Shown: in pieces, positions 1 to 7,747 of the stretch
Layout of the letters: every line of letters begins with the position of its first letter
Position numbering within the stretch: position 1 is the stretch's first letter
Origin: a virus
Lineage: Duplodnaviria; Caudoviricetes
Reading direction: 5' to 3' (one strand)
Length of the DNA: 25,333 nt
Virus record (IMG/VR): IMGVR_UViG_3300038393_000230
Coordinates: 1 to 25,333 of that record
The notes under the pieces: generated by a model
What the model saw: the letters and a program-made list of their open reading frames with translations, nothing else
Database searches by the model: none
Told to the model about the DNA's origin: nothing
Made by a program: the position numbers and the translations under genes

Positions 1-2
1 AC

Positions 3-323
3 GTGCTGAAGGCCCAGCAGGGAAAGCACGGTCGCTGGGTGTTTCCCAACGAGAAAGGCAAGCCCTATGACAGGGCCAACAATCACGGGTTCAAGGCGGC
101 CCAAGTTCGGGCAGGCATCGCGCCACTCACGTGGCACGATCTGCGGCATACCTGGGCAAGCTGGCACGTCATGGCTGGTACGTCCCTGCGCACGCTCATG
201 GAGCTTGGCGGATGGCGCTCAATCCAGTCCGTTTTGCGCTACGCCCACCTGTCTCCGGAGCACCTTGCGAGCGACGCGGCGAGGGTCGAAGGATTTGCCC
301 GGAATTTGCCCGAGCGATCCTAG
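3..323 (+). CDS. int: Tyrosine recombinase/phage integrase, C-terminal part (5' truncated by window)
   Basis: Catalytic motifs HDLRHT (HxxR), LGGW and RYAHL (nucleophile Tyr); ends next to a tRNA-derived att core. Confidence 0.95.
   Translation: MLKAQQGKHGRWVFPNEKGKPYDRANNHGFKAAQVRAGIAPLTWHDLRHTWASWHVMAGTSLRTLMELGGWRSIQSVLRYAHLSPEHLASDAARVEGFARNLPERS
295..312. repeat. Left copy of 18-bp direct repeat TTGCCCGGAATTTGCCCG (putative integrase arm-type site)
   Basis: Exact copy at 490-507. Each copy holds two TTGCCCG units 11 bp apart, and the pair flanks the att core. Confidence 0.75.
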
Positions 324-421
324 GCAAGTGCCTTGCAAAGCCGCTTTCTTGGGCTACAAGGACACTGATCAAGAAATAAACATTGCTTTAGAAATCAACA
401 CTTAGTAACCTGGCGACAGGC

Positions 422-466
422 TTGAAAATCCCCGTGTCGGCGGTTCGATTCCGTCCCCGGCCACCA
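422..466 (+). other. attP: attP core: 3' half of tRNA-Phe(GAA), from anticodon loop to CCA (not a complete tRNA gene)
   Basis: TTGAAAATCCCCGTGTCGGCGGTTCGATTCCGTCCCCGGCCACCA contains the GAA anticodon loop, T-arm GGTTCGATTCC and terminal CCA. No D-arm or 5' acceptor strand upstream; lies about 100 bp after int. Confidence 0.9.
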
Positions 467-489
467 TTTCCAAGCCTTCGCAACATCAG

Positions 490-507
490 TTGCCCGGAAT
501 TTGCCCG
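490..507. repeat. Right copy of 18-bp direct repeat (putative arm-type site)
   Basis: Identical to 295-312, on the other side of the core. Confidence 0.75.
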
Positions 508-520
508 GATTTCCGAAGGC

Positions 521-766
521 TCAAACCACCGTCCGCCAGTGGCTCCGCGCCCATCGCTCGATGTGCCGCTTGGCCTGCTCGACGGACCCGGCGTAGGCCC
601 ACAACTCCGGATGGTCTTTGCGACTGATCTTGACTGAGTACAGCCCGGCAAGATGGCCGACACAGGGACCGATCACGGCAAAGCAAGGTCCGCAAACGTC
701 ACGCAGGCGCCCGTAGGTCACGGAGCCCCGGCACACGGTTTGCCAGTAGATCGGCGGGCAGGACAT
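521..766 (-). CDS. Small hypothetical protein (81 aa) next to attP
   Basis: ORF MSCPPIYW...AGSVEQAKRHIERWARSHWRTVV fills the gap between attP and the hydrolase gene. ATG at 766 is preceded by a TACCCT -10-like hexamer; alternative start at 787. Confidence 0.5.
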   Translation of the reverse strand: MSCPPIYWQTVCRGSVTYGRLRDVCGPCFAVIGPCVGHLAGLYSVKISRKDHPELWAYAGSVEQAKRHIERWARSHWRTVV

Positions 767-934
767 GGCGCGAGGGTACGCCCGCACCGTCTCAGGAACG
801 GATCGCCCCGGTTATCGGCTGACGCAAGCAAGACTGCTCGGCTGGCCGCCAGAACCCCGGGGCGAGCTCAGTTTGCGCAAACCCGCACGGCAGCGCTGTA
901 GGCCGTTTCCGACAGTGTGCGTCGGCCGGCGCTG

Positions 935-1957
935 CTACGGGCCGTTGCCCGTGACATGGATGGTCATCATGCCAATCTGGCCGTTCATGCCTTGCGAACT
1001 CTGAGCGACGTTGCCACCCAAGTACCACAGGTAGAACATGCCATCGTCCTTGCCAGAGGGAACCACCATCGCATCGGCCATCGCCTGCGATGCCCACGTC
1101 GGCCGCATGTTCTGGGGCATGAGCAGGCCGCCTTTCGTCCAATGCTGCCCGTCGTAGGACCACGCCCACATCAGCGAGCGATAGCTCGTCGACGTGTTAC
1201 CCGTGTAGATCATGTACCAGTAGCCCTGGCTATAGAACACACAGGGCTCACCGGCGCCCGCGGCGTCGTAGTCCGATCCTGTTCCGCTGAAAATCTCGCC
1301 CGCAGGGTCTTTCGTCCAGTTCACACCGTCGTTCGATACCGCTCGCGCGATGGTGAAAACGTAGTTGTGGTTGTAGGCCAGGTAATACATCCACAACTGC
1401 GACCCCACCTTGATCACGTAGGGATCGGCAACGCCCAGATCGTCATAGGCGCCAGGGGGCCCCGGGGAGACCACCGGGTTTGCCAAGGCCGTCATCGTCA
1501 GCATGTGTGCCGTTTGAGCAGTCGCTAGCCCGATCTTGGTTACGCCGTTGGCATCCAGCCCGTGGAAGTAGTAGTAGACCTGACCGTTGAAAATGATCGC
1601 GCTGCCGTTCGCTGCGATGTATTGCGTGGCCCACCCGCCGGACCCAGGCGAAAGCACGGGGTTTCCCATCTTGGTCCACGAAACACCGCCGTCGCTCGAT
1701 ACGGCGACACCGGTTTGCCAGAGCGAGCCGTTCCAGCCTGAGTAGTAGTCGACCAACTGGCCTTGCCAGGGAAAGATCGCAGGATTGGCGACATCGATGG
1801 AGTCCCAGGCAGGCGCCGGGGAAGGTGTCATCACCGGCATCTGCTGCATCGAATAGACGCCTATCTGAGGCGCCAGCACCTGAGCTTTTAAACCGCTCCC
1901 GGTCGAAAGAAAGGCCGCCACGGCAAGCAGCCAAGTAGCAAAAACGCTGGCCTTCAT
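935..1957 (-). CDS. Secreted five-bladed beta-propeller glycoside hydrolase (GH32/43/130-like superfamily), 340 aa
   Basis: Signal-peptide-like N-terminus (MKASVFATWLLAVAAFLS...LKA). Five blade repeats (WDSIDVANPAI..YYSG; WATQYIAANGSAI..YYYFHG; YDDLGVADPYV..WMYY; YDAAGAGEPCV..YMIYTG; WASQAMADAMV..YLWYLG), Asp-box-like SSDGGVSW and SNDGVNW, and an AGGGG SD. Confidence 0.8.
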   Translation of the reverse strand: MKASVFATWLLAVAAFLSTGSGLKAQVLAPQIGVYSMQQMPVMTPSPAPAWDSIDVANPAIFPWQGQLVDYYSGWNGSLWQTGVAVSSDGGVSWTKMGNPVLSPGSGGWATQYIAANGSAIIFNGQVYYYFHGLDANGVTKIGLATAQTAHMLTMTALANPVVSPGPPGAYDDLGVADPYVIKVGSQLWMYYLAYNHNYVFTIARAVSNDGVNWTKDPAGEIFSGTGSDYDAAGAGEPCVFYSQGYWYMIYTGNTSTSYRSLMWAWSYDGQHWTKGGLLMPQNMRPTWASQAMADAMVVPSGKDDGMFYLWYLGGNVAQSSQGMNGQIGMMTIHVTGNGP

Positions 1958-2014
1958 TTCAATCCCCTATGAGGCTTTGCCCAATTGTCGCACGACCCGA
2001 ACCGCGGCTCGAAC

Positions 2015-3310
2015 TCAGGCGTATTCGTAGACGATGATCTGACCCGGTGCGCCATTACCCCCGGTCTGCGCCGCACCATTAGCCATGGTCAAGGCGCCCG
2101 ATCCGCCGCCACCCGGACCAGAGGCATTGACACCGGGTGAGGTCGTGTTGATTTTCGAGTTCGCATTGCCGCTCCACTCGGACGTTCCGCCGCTTCCACT
2201 GATCGCCGCAGCAGGGCCGAGTGCGAACGACGAGCTTCCCAGGCCACCGCCGGCATTGATAAGTGACCCGCCGGTTGCCACGCTGGCGGACGCACCATAG
2301 CCATTGATTTGCGGGAACGTCGACGTTGCGCTACCTGCCGTGCCAAAGCCACCGCCAGGTGCGCTGGCAAATGCCCCAAACGATGTCGTGCCTCCGCTGG
2401 TTCCCGCGACACCGGAAGCTCCGACGCCGCCCGCGCCAATGGTGACCGCCACCCCGCCGGAGAATCCGCTCGTCAAACGCGTCTTGAAGTAGGCACCGCT
2501 GCCGCCACCAGCGCCGCCGGTCGCCTGCCCACTGGAGCAGGCCGGAGAGCCACCGCCAGCGCCGCCGCCGCCCACGCCTTCAACAACGATGCTGTTTGTC
2601 CCAGGAGTCGGGGTATAGGTTCCGCTTGAAGTGAATGTCTGAACGTTGATGAGGCGGCCGGTCGATACGGGCTGCGAGAGGAGGTTGCCGCCCGTTTGCG
2701 CGACGATGTTTCCACTGGTGATCTGCGTCTGCCCATTGGCGACGGTCACCACGGCAAGCGCGATATACCCCGCATCGACTGCCGGCGTGGTCTGCGTTCC
2801 GGTCGTGGCGGCGATGCCAGCCTTTGCGACAAGCGCAACCTGTCCTGCGCGCGTGGTGGTGTTGCTCGATCCCGTGTTGTTCGGGCCGTTGTACGCCTGA
2901 GTCGGATTGCTGGCGTTGTAGTAGGGAAGCACTACCGGGTTGATGTCGGATTCCTGATACGTGGCTTCGATCAGATAGTTGATCGAGTAGCCTGCAGTTG
3001 ACGGCGCCGGGCAGGACAGCGCGACCGTGCCGAGCTGGATGCCTTGCTTCACGATCTGGTCAGTCGTGTCAGCGGGGAGCGACGAATACGCCGTGCTGTC
3101 CACGTTTTCAAGCTGGTAAATCTCGCCCTGACCGACGTTCACAGAAAGCGAAGCCGGCGACTGCGCGGTGACCGCCAGACCGTTGACGACGCCACCCGTG
3201 CCAAACATCGCTTTGGCGAGCTTGCCCATCGCGATCATCATGCTGCGGTTGGTGTTTAGCAGATCGGTTTCCAAAGGGATGGCACCGGGGTAGACGGTCA
3301 TGCGATCCAT
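2015..3310 (-). CDS. Tail fibre protein with glycine-rich C-terminal domain (431 aa)
   Basis: Follows the baseplate wedge genes; GGAGA SD before ATG 3310. C-terminus has the typical Gly-rich fibre pattern (QTFTSSGTYTPTPG...GGGGAGG...GGNGAPGQIIVYEY). Confidence 0.82.
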   Translation of the reverse strand: MDRMTVYPGAIPLETDLLNTNRSMMIAMGKLAKAMFGTGGVVNGLAVTAQSPASLSVNVGQGEIYQLENVDSTAYSSLPADTTDQIVKQGIQLGTVALSCPAPSTAGYSINYLIEATYQESDINPVVLPYYNASNPTQAYNGPNNTGSSNTTTRAGQVALVAKAGIAATTGTQTTPAVDAGYIALAVVTVANGQTQITSGNIVAQTGGNLLSQPVSTGRLINVQTFTSSGTYTPTPGTNSIVVEGVGGGGAGGGSPACSSGQATGGAGGGSGAYFKTRLTSGFSGGVAVTIGAGGVGASGVAGTSGGTTSFGAFASAPGGGFGTAGSATSTFPQINGYGASASVATGGSLINAGGGLGSSSFALGPAAAISGSGGTSEWSGNANSKINTTSPGVNASGPGGGGSGALTMANGAAQTGGNGAPGQIIVYEYA

Positions 3311-3325
3311 AGCTTTCTCCAGGGC

Positions 3326-3351
3326 AAAAAAATCCCGCACAAGGCGGGATT
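3326..3351 (-). terminator. Intrinsic terminator-like hairpin upstream of tail fibre gene
   Basis: Minus strand AATCCCGC-CTTGT-GCGGGATT followed by a T run. Confidence 0.7.
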
Positions 3352-3375
3352 GAGGAAGGGTGAGACGTGATGCGG

Positions 3376-4050
3376 TCAGTTTTCGATTCGTGTCCAGGCG
3401 ATGGTCGCTGCGGGTTTAACCGCATCGATCACTGCAAAAATGTCGGTGTCTGTTACGCCCGCGTTGAAAGCCGTGATGTCTGCATATTCGGCCCGCGAGG
3501 CTTGGCCGTATCCACCCGTCGAGATGCCGTACCCGGCAACGCTGGCGATGCCGACGCTGCTGTGCGGCCGGTAAGCCGTGATGAAGCACTGGTATGGAAG
3601 AAGCATGGAGCCATAGGCGCCTGCGGCACCGTAGCCGATGCTCGGCCCACCATAGGCGCCGGTATCCGCCGGCCGCGCGGGCTCTACGATGACCGGCGTT
3701 CGCCCCGTCAGCGCTACAAGTGCTTGTGTGACTGCTCCGCGTGTCGCCTTCGGGCGCAGCAAGTTCGCCTGGATGCGCGACCGGAAGGAGTTATCCGATT
3801 CACCCGTTTTCCGCGGTAACGCAAGACCGAAGAAGTCGCCCGAGATCATGTCGAGCCAGCCATCCGTCGCCGTGGCAATGCGCGTCTGGAGCTTGGTGTA
3901 GGCGTAGAGGCTATAGATGAAGCTGAGGCACGTCGCAATGCCAGTCAGCACCGCGTCGAGGATTGGCGTGGAGTCAGACGCACTGCCGAACCAGCGCGTC
4001 GGGAGGTAGCCCTTGAGGCGCGCGAAGATGTCTGCTTGATCGCCCGTCAT
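3376..4050 (-). CDS. Baseplate wedge protein (P2 gpI/Mu gp48-like)
   Basis: Directly downstream of baseplate J; motif TATDGWLDMISGDFFG..LPRKTGESDNSFRSRI is typical of this wedge subunit. Confidence 0.75.
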   Translation of the reverse strand: MTGDQADIFARLKGYLPTRWFGSASDSTPILDAVLTGIATCLSFIYSLYAYTKLQTRIATATDGWLDMISGDFFGLALPRKTGESDNSFRSRIQANLLRPKATRGAVTQALVALTGRTPVIVEPARPADTGAYGGPSIGYGAAGAYGSMLLPYQCFITAYRPHSSVGIASVAGYGISTGGYGQASRAEYADITAFNAGVTDTDIFAVIDAVKPAATIAWTRIEN

Positions 4051-5178
4051 CTAGTTCACCGTCACCGTTCCGGCAATCACGCGCTGCTGCGCGGTCACCG
4101 TGAGGTCGGAAGTGCCGCCGTTGAGCGTCAGGCCGGTGATGTTGGATACACCCTGCGAGGCGTCGTAGGCCACCTGGGCCAGTCGGCTATAGGGCAGGTT
4201 GACGCCAAGGGTTAGGCCCGCGAGAAACGACTGCACGGCTGTTTTGATGAGCGCCTTGGTTGCTACCGGGTCATAGCCGGGAGCGATGGTCGCCGTCATG
4301 ACGACGCTGGCCGTTTCGGTCACGGGTGCAAATACGCCGAAGGTCGAGGTGAGCGGCCGAACCGCGTCAATGGCATTCGACACGCTGGATAGGAACGTCG
4401 AACCAGGGCTGCCAGAACCGTCATCGGCCACCACGTAGAAGTAACCAAGTTGCTGGGTACCGTTGTATGCAAAGTTCTCGGTGAGCGAGTAGGAGACGCC
4501 CTGCTGCAAGCTAAGGACGGCCTCGCCGATCGCAGTTTTCGTCGCTTTGGACAGGCTGGCGATGTAGGCGACGAAGCGCGCGCGCAGGGCTGCGTCCGTC
4601 TCGGCATCCAAGCCATTGGTGAAGTTGAGGCTGTTGGTCACCGTATCGACGTACTGGATCGCTTGCGCGATGACGGTAATGGAGCCTGCTGCCGCGTTGC
4701 CCGCCGATCCGGCGACAACCGCCTGCACTGGCGCACTGATGCTTCCGGTGCCCGCCGCGATGACGTAGCCGCCCAGCGTGGAGCTATAGGCCGCGTTCGA
4801 TGAATCGGCGATCACCTTGAACTGCTGCGATCCGTCCGAGGTCTGCACCAGTGTGCCGACTGGAATCACCGCCTGCATCGTCGTGGTGAAGCGGGCGAAC
4901 GTGCATTGCCCGGTAGCCGCCACCGCACTAAGGCGCGTGATGCCGTAATCGCCCATCCATGTGTCGAGATCCGATCCGCCGGATGTAGACGCACGGGTCG
5001 TCTGTAGAAGCAGCAGGATCAGGCCTTCAAGCCAGACGGCGACCGCGGCGACCGATTCGACAATGCTGCGAAGAATCGAGCCAATGGCGAAGTCGATCAG
5101 TGCTGCCGCCTTGCCCTGAACGGCCGTCGCCATGTCCGCGACGAGTTGGGTAAAGCTCTTGGACGTGACGTTGGGCAT
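4051..5178 (-). CDS. Baseplate J/gp47 family protein
   Basis: 375 aa; motifs LDTWMGDYGITRLSAVAATG, AGSAGN and NGLDAETDAALRARF. Confidence 0.92.
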   Translation of the reverse strand: MPNVTSKSFTQLVADMATAVQGKAAALIDFAIGSILRSIVESVAAVAVWLEGLILLLLQTTRASTSGGSDLDTWMGDYGITRLSAVAATGQCTFARFTTTMQAVIPVGTLVQTSDGSQQFKVIADSSNAAYSSTLGGYVIAAGTGSISAPVQAVVAGSAGNAAAGSITVIAQAIQYVDTVTNSLNFTNGLDAETDAALRARFVAYIASLSKATKTAIGEAVLSLQQGVSYSLTENFAYNGTQQLGYFYVVADDGSGSPGSTFLSSVSNAIDAVRPLTSTFGVFAPVTETASVVMTATIAPGYDPVATKALIKTAVQSFLAGLTLGVNLPYSRLAQVAYDASQGVSNITGLTLNGGTSDLTVTAQQRVIAGTVTVN

Positions 5179-5559
5179 TTACTGGCTCACAGTGAAAGAA
5201 AGCGTGACCGGTTGACCGCTGGGGGCGTCGTTGTAGCTCACCTGCACGGAGATGCCGTTGGTGATCCGGCTGACCGCGATCTGCGGTGCAGGCACCCGTG
5301 CAACGGCATCCTCAAGAAGCATTTGCCCGCGGATCAGCGCTCTGACCTCATCGGCCGAGGCGTTGGAGCCGACGTAGGCTGGCAGCCCCGCCCCGTACTC
5401 GGGGTGGAATAGGTAATCTCCGGGATTGGTCAGCAGGCGGCGCAGGATGCGTTGCTGCCCACGCTCCGTGCCAGTTGCCGGCAGGATGTCGCCGGTCGGA
5501 GACAGGGACGCGGACAGGTCGCCGCCCCAGAACTGACTGGCGTCGTTGATGAGGGCCAT
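5179..5559 (-). CDS. Baseplate wedge/sheath initiator (gp25/gpW/gp46-like)
   Basis: 126 aa upstream of J; RRLLTNPGDYLFHPEYGAGL resembles the gp25-family motif. Confidence 0.8.
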   Translation of the reverse strand: MALINDASQFWGGDLSASLSPTGDILPATGTERGQQRILRRLLTNPGDYLFHPEYGAGLPAYVGSNASADEVRALIRGQMLLEDAVARVPAPQIAVSRITNGISVQVSYNDAPSGQPVTLSFTVSQ

Positions 5560-5582
5560 GCGGGGTTCCTGCTGCTAGCAAT

Positions 5583-5606
5583 AAAAAAACCCCGCCGGAG
5601 CGGGGT
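5583..5606 (-). terminator. Intrinsic terminator-like hairpin
   Basis: Minus strand ACCCCGC-TCCG-GCGGGGT followed by a T run. Confidence 0.75.
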
Positions 5607-5629
5607 CCTTGGTGTTGCTTGCGATGCGG

Positions 5630-5938
5630 TTACTGAATCGACATCAAGTAGGCCCGGCAGTAGTCCGGCCCTGCCCTGCGAAGCGCGTCGAGGTTGTAGA
5701 ACCCGTGCGATCCGTTCCGCTCGGCGTCCAGTTCAATGTCGATCTTTTCGGCAAGCTGGTCGCATGTGACTTGCTGCTGTTCCTGCGGGCTCAGCGAGGC
5801 AAAGTCCCGATCAGTCATGTAGGCCAACTTCCGATATATCTCCAGCCGCACTGCGAGCGGCGGGGCTTTCTCGGGAGCAGCTTGAGCGAAGGCGTTGGCG
5901 GCGCATAGAAACGCCGCCAACCCGACGAGGTAGCGCAT
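5630..5938 (-). CDS. Small exported hypothetical protein (moron-like, 102 aa)
   Basis: GGAG SD before ATG 5938; signal peptide MRYLVGLAAFLCAANAFA|Q; two Cys in the mature part. Inserted between spike and gp25-like genes and followed by a terminator. Confidence 0.7.
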   Translation of the reverse strand: MRYLVGLAAFLCAANAFAQAAPEKAPPLAVRLEIYRKLAYMTDRDFASLSPQEQQQVTCDQLAEKIDIELDAERNGSHGFYNLDALRRAGPDYCRAYLMSIQ

Positions 5939-5972
5939 AACCAGCTCCATCGGTTGAGGTGCGCCGATGCTA

Positions 5973-6593
5973 CTACTGCGGCGGGCCGCCGATGCCAGTA
6001 CCGGGCTGCACCAGCGTGTGCTTGTGCGTGTTGCTTATGTCATGACCGTTGGAGGTGATCGCTTTGACCGTCGTCGAGCCGTTCACCGCGGCATCCTGCG
6101 TGACAATCAGGTTCTGCTGCACGGTCAAGCTGCCCTGATGGGTCCAGGTGCCGGCCGAGGTGATCGTGCCGTCTCCGTTCACCGCCACCGAGGCGCCATG
6201 TCCATCGGAAAACGTGCCCTTCCCGTCCGTCGTTAGCTTGAAGAAGGCGCCGCTCTTATGCAGCAGCCACATCTCGCCTGAGGGAACGGCGGCCGGGTTG
6301 TGCTGGTTGTCGAACAGGCGCATCCCGGCGATGCCGGCATCCCGGTCGCCATCCTGAAAGCGCACCTCGATCTGATCGCCTAGCATCGGGGGTGCGTAGA
6401 TACCCCAGCCGCTTCCCACGGAGAGCGCCTGCAGTGGAATCCAGCCGGTTTCCGAAGCGTCCGGCGGGAACTGCACCTTCACGCTGTAGGTGTTCGGGTC
6501 GTAGCCGGTGACGATGCCGAGGCGCGAGTTTTGCCGCTGCTGGTTGGCGAGCAGCGCCTGTGCCCGCATCGCGTTCTGCATGTCGCGCATCAC
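5973..6593 (-). CDS. Baseplate central spike (gpV/gp45-like)
   Basis: N-terminal OB-fold pattern (GIVTGYDP...VKV...ETGWIP...PMLGDQIEV), beta-helix-like repeats and C-terminal HxH iron-binding motif THKH. Confidence 0.9.
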   Translation of the reverse strand: MMRDMQNAMRAQALLANQQRQNSRLGIVTGYDPNTYSVKVQFPPDASETGWIPLQALSVGSGWGIYAPPMLGDQIEVRFQDGDRDAGIAGMRLFDNQHNPAAVPSGEMWLLHKSGAFFKLTTDGKGTFSDGHGASVAVNGDGTITSAGTWTHQGSLTVQQNLIVTQDAAVNGSTTVKAITSNGHDISNTHKHTLVQPGTGIGGPPQ

Positions 6594-7747
6594 AGGGCCG
6601 GCTCCACGTCGTTGGAATGGTTGCGCGCTTCGATGCGCATCTCGTAGCCGCTGTGGAAAGACAGGGTGCGGGTGATCGACTCCGGGTAGTACGCCTGATC
6701 GAACTCGGTTCCGGTCCCGGAGACTTGCAGCACGTTGTCTATCGTCAGCAGGTTGTCAGCGGGCAGACAGGCGCTAAGGCGCATCTCGTGCTTGATCAGG
6801 TCGTTGTAGATCGCCTGCGCCCGCTTGATTGCCTGGTCCTGCGTCAGGTTCGGAATCGTGTAGAAATACTGCTGGATCGGTTGGCCCTTGGTGCCCGGCG
6901 AGCCGCCATGCACCCGCGCCTTGGGGTAGCTGGCGCTGAAGCCCTTAGCCTGCTTGCTGTTCCACGAGCGCACCGTGACGCTGATCGTCTTACCGACCGT
7001 CAGCGTGCGGCTGAAGCTCAATTGCTTCACGCTGGCCTGAAATGGATGCGTATCGGTCGCTTCCGTCCAGTCGATCGGGTAGACCGGTGCCTGGCCCGGG
7101 ATCGGGGCCGGCTCGAAATGCAGCTCGTTGCCCTTCACGTACACCACGAACTGCGTTTGCTGCGCGATCCACACCAGGAAGTCCCACTCCGTTTGTGCCG
7201 AAGTCGTGGATACGTGGTCGATCTGGTAGAAGGTGCCGAGCGTTTCCGTCGTGGCCGTGACCACGGGCGTCAAGCCATGGCGCTGGGCCAGCGTCGTCGC
7301 TACCTGGCTCGCGGTCTGGTTCTGCCACTTCTCCGCCGTCTTGGCGTCGATCAGCAGGGCGGTCAGGTCACGCCCGGAAAGCTCCATGGTGCGCTGCACC
7401 GGGTCGAAACTCACCTGATCGACGTTGCCGAGAATGAGGCTATCCAGCTCGCTGGCGCCGTAGCTGTCCGGATTGGCCGGGAAGCCCGCCAGCAGCTCAA
7501 GGGTGATGGTCGTCTGCGCCGTGAACCAGGCCGCATCGTAGGGCGAAGCCAGCGCCGACAGGGCAAACTGCACGCGGAAGGTATCGGCCTCGCGGTAGGC
7601 GTTGCTCTCCACCTCGAAATCCAGCCAGCCGGCCACCGGTGCGCCGTTGATGCGCACCATGCCGCGCGGCTGGCGCACGTTCTGGAAGGCCGGATCGGAG
7701 CCGCCTCCGACCGATACGGTGGGTAGCGTGAGGATGTCAGAAGCCAA
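6590..7747 (-). CDS. Baseplate hub protein (P2 gpD/Mu gp44-like)
   Basis: 385 aa between the LysM gene and the spike; motifs ELSGRDLTALLID, QTEWDFLVWIA and YYPESITRTLS. Confidence 0.82.
   Translation of the reverse strand: MASDILTLPTVSVGGGSDPAFQNVRQPRGMVRINGAPVAGWLDFEVESNAYREADTFRVQFALSALASPYDAAWFTAQTTITLELLAGFPANPDSYGASELDSLILGNVDQVSFDPVQRTMELSGRDLTALLIDAKTAEKWQNQTASQVATTLAQRHGLTPVVTATTETLGTFYQIDHVSTTSAQTEWDFLVWIAQQTQFVVYVKGNELHFEPAPIPGQAPVYPIDWTEATDTHPFQASVKQLSFSRTLTVGKTISVTVRSWNSKQAKGFSASYPKARVHGGSPGTKGQPIQQYFYTIPNLTQDQAIKRAQAIYNDLIKHEMRLSACLPADNLLTIDNVLQVSGTGTEFDQAYYPESITRTLSFHSGYEMRIEARNHSNDVEPAL

Noticed and set aside
391-466. Complete tRNA-Phe gene
   Set aside because: Only the anticodon loop to CCA is present; upstream bases cannot form the D-arm or acceptor 5' strand.
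293-512. CRISPR array or IS ends from the TTGCCCGG repeats
   Set aside because: Only two copies in direct orientation, no spacer series, and no cas or transposase gene; better explained as arm-type sites.
2015-3310. Diversity-generating retroelement or invertible fibre cassette
   Set aside because: No reverse transcriptase, invertase, duplicated template region or flanking inverted sites seen in the window.
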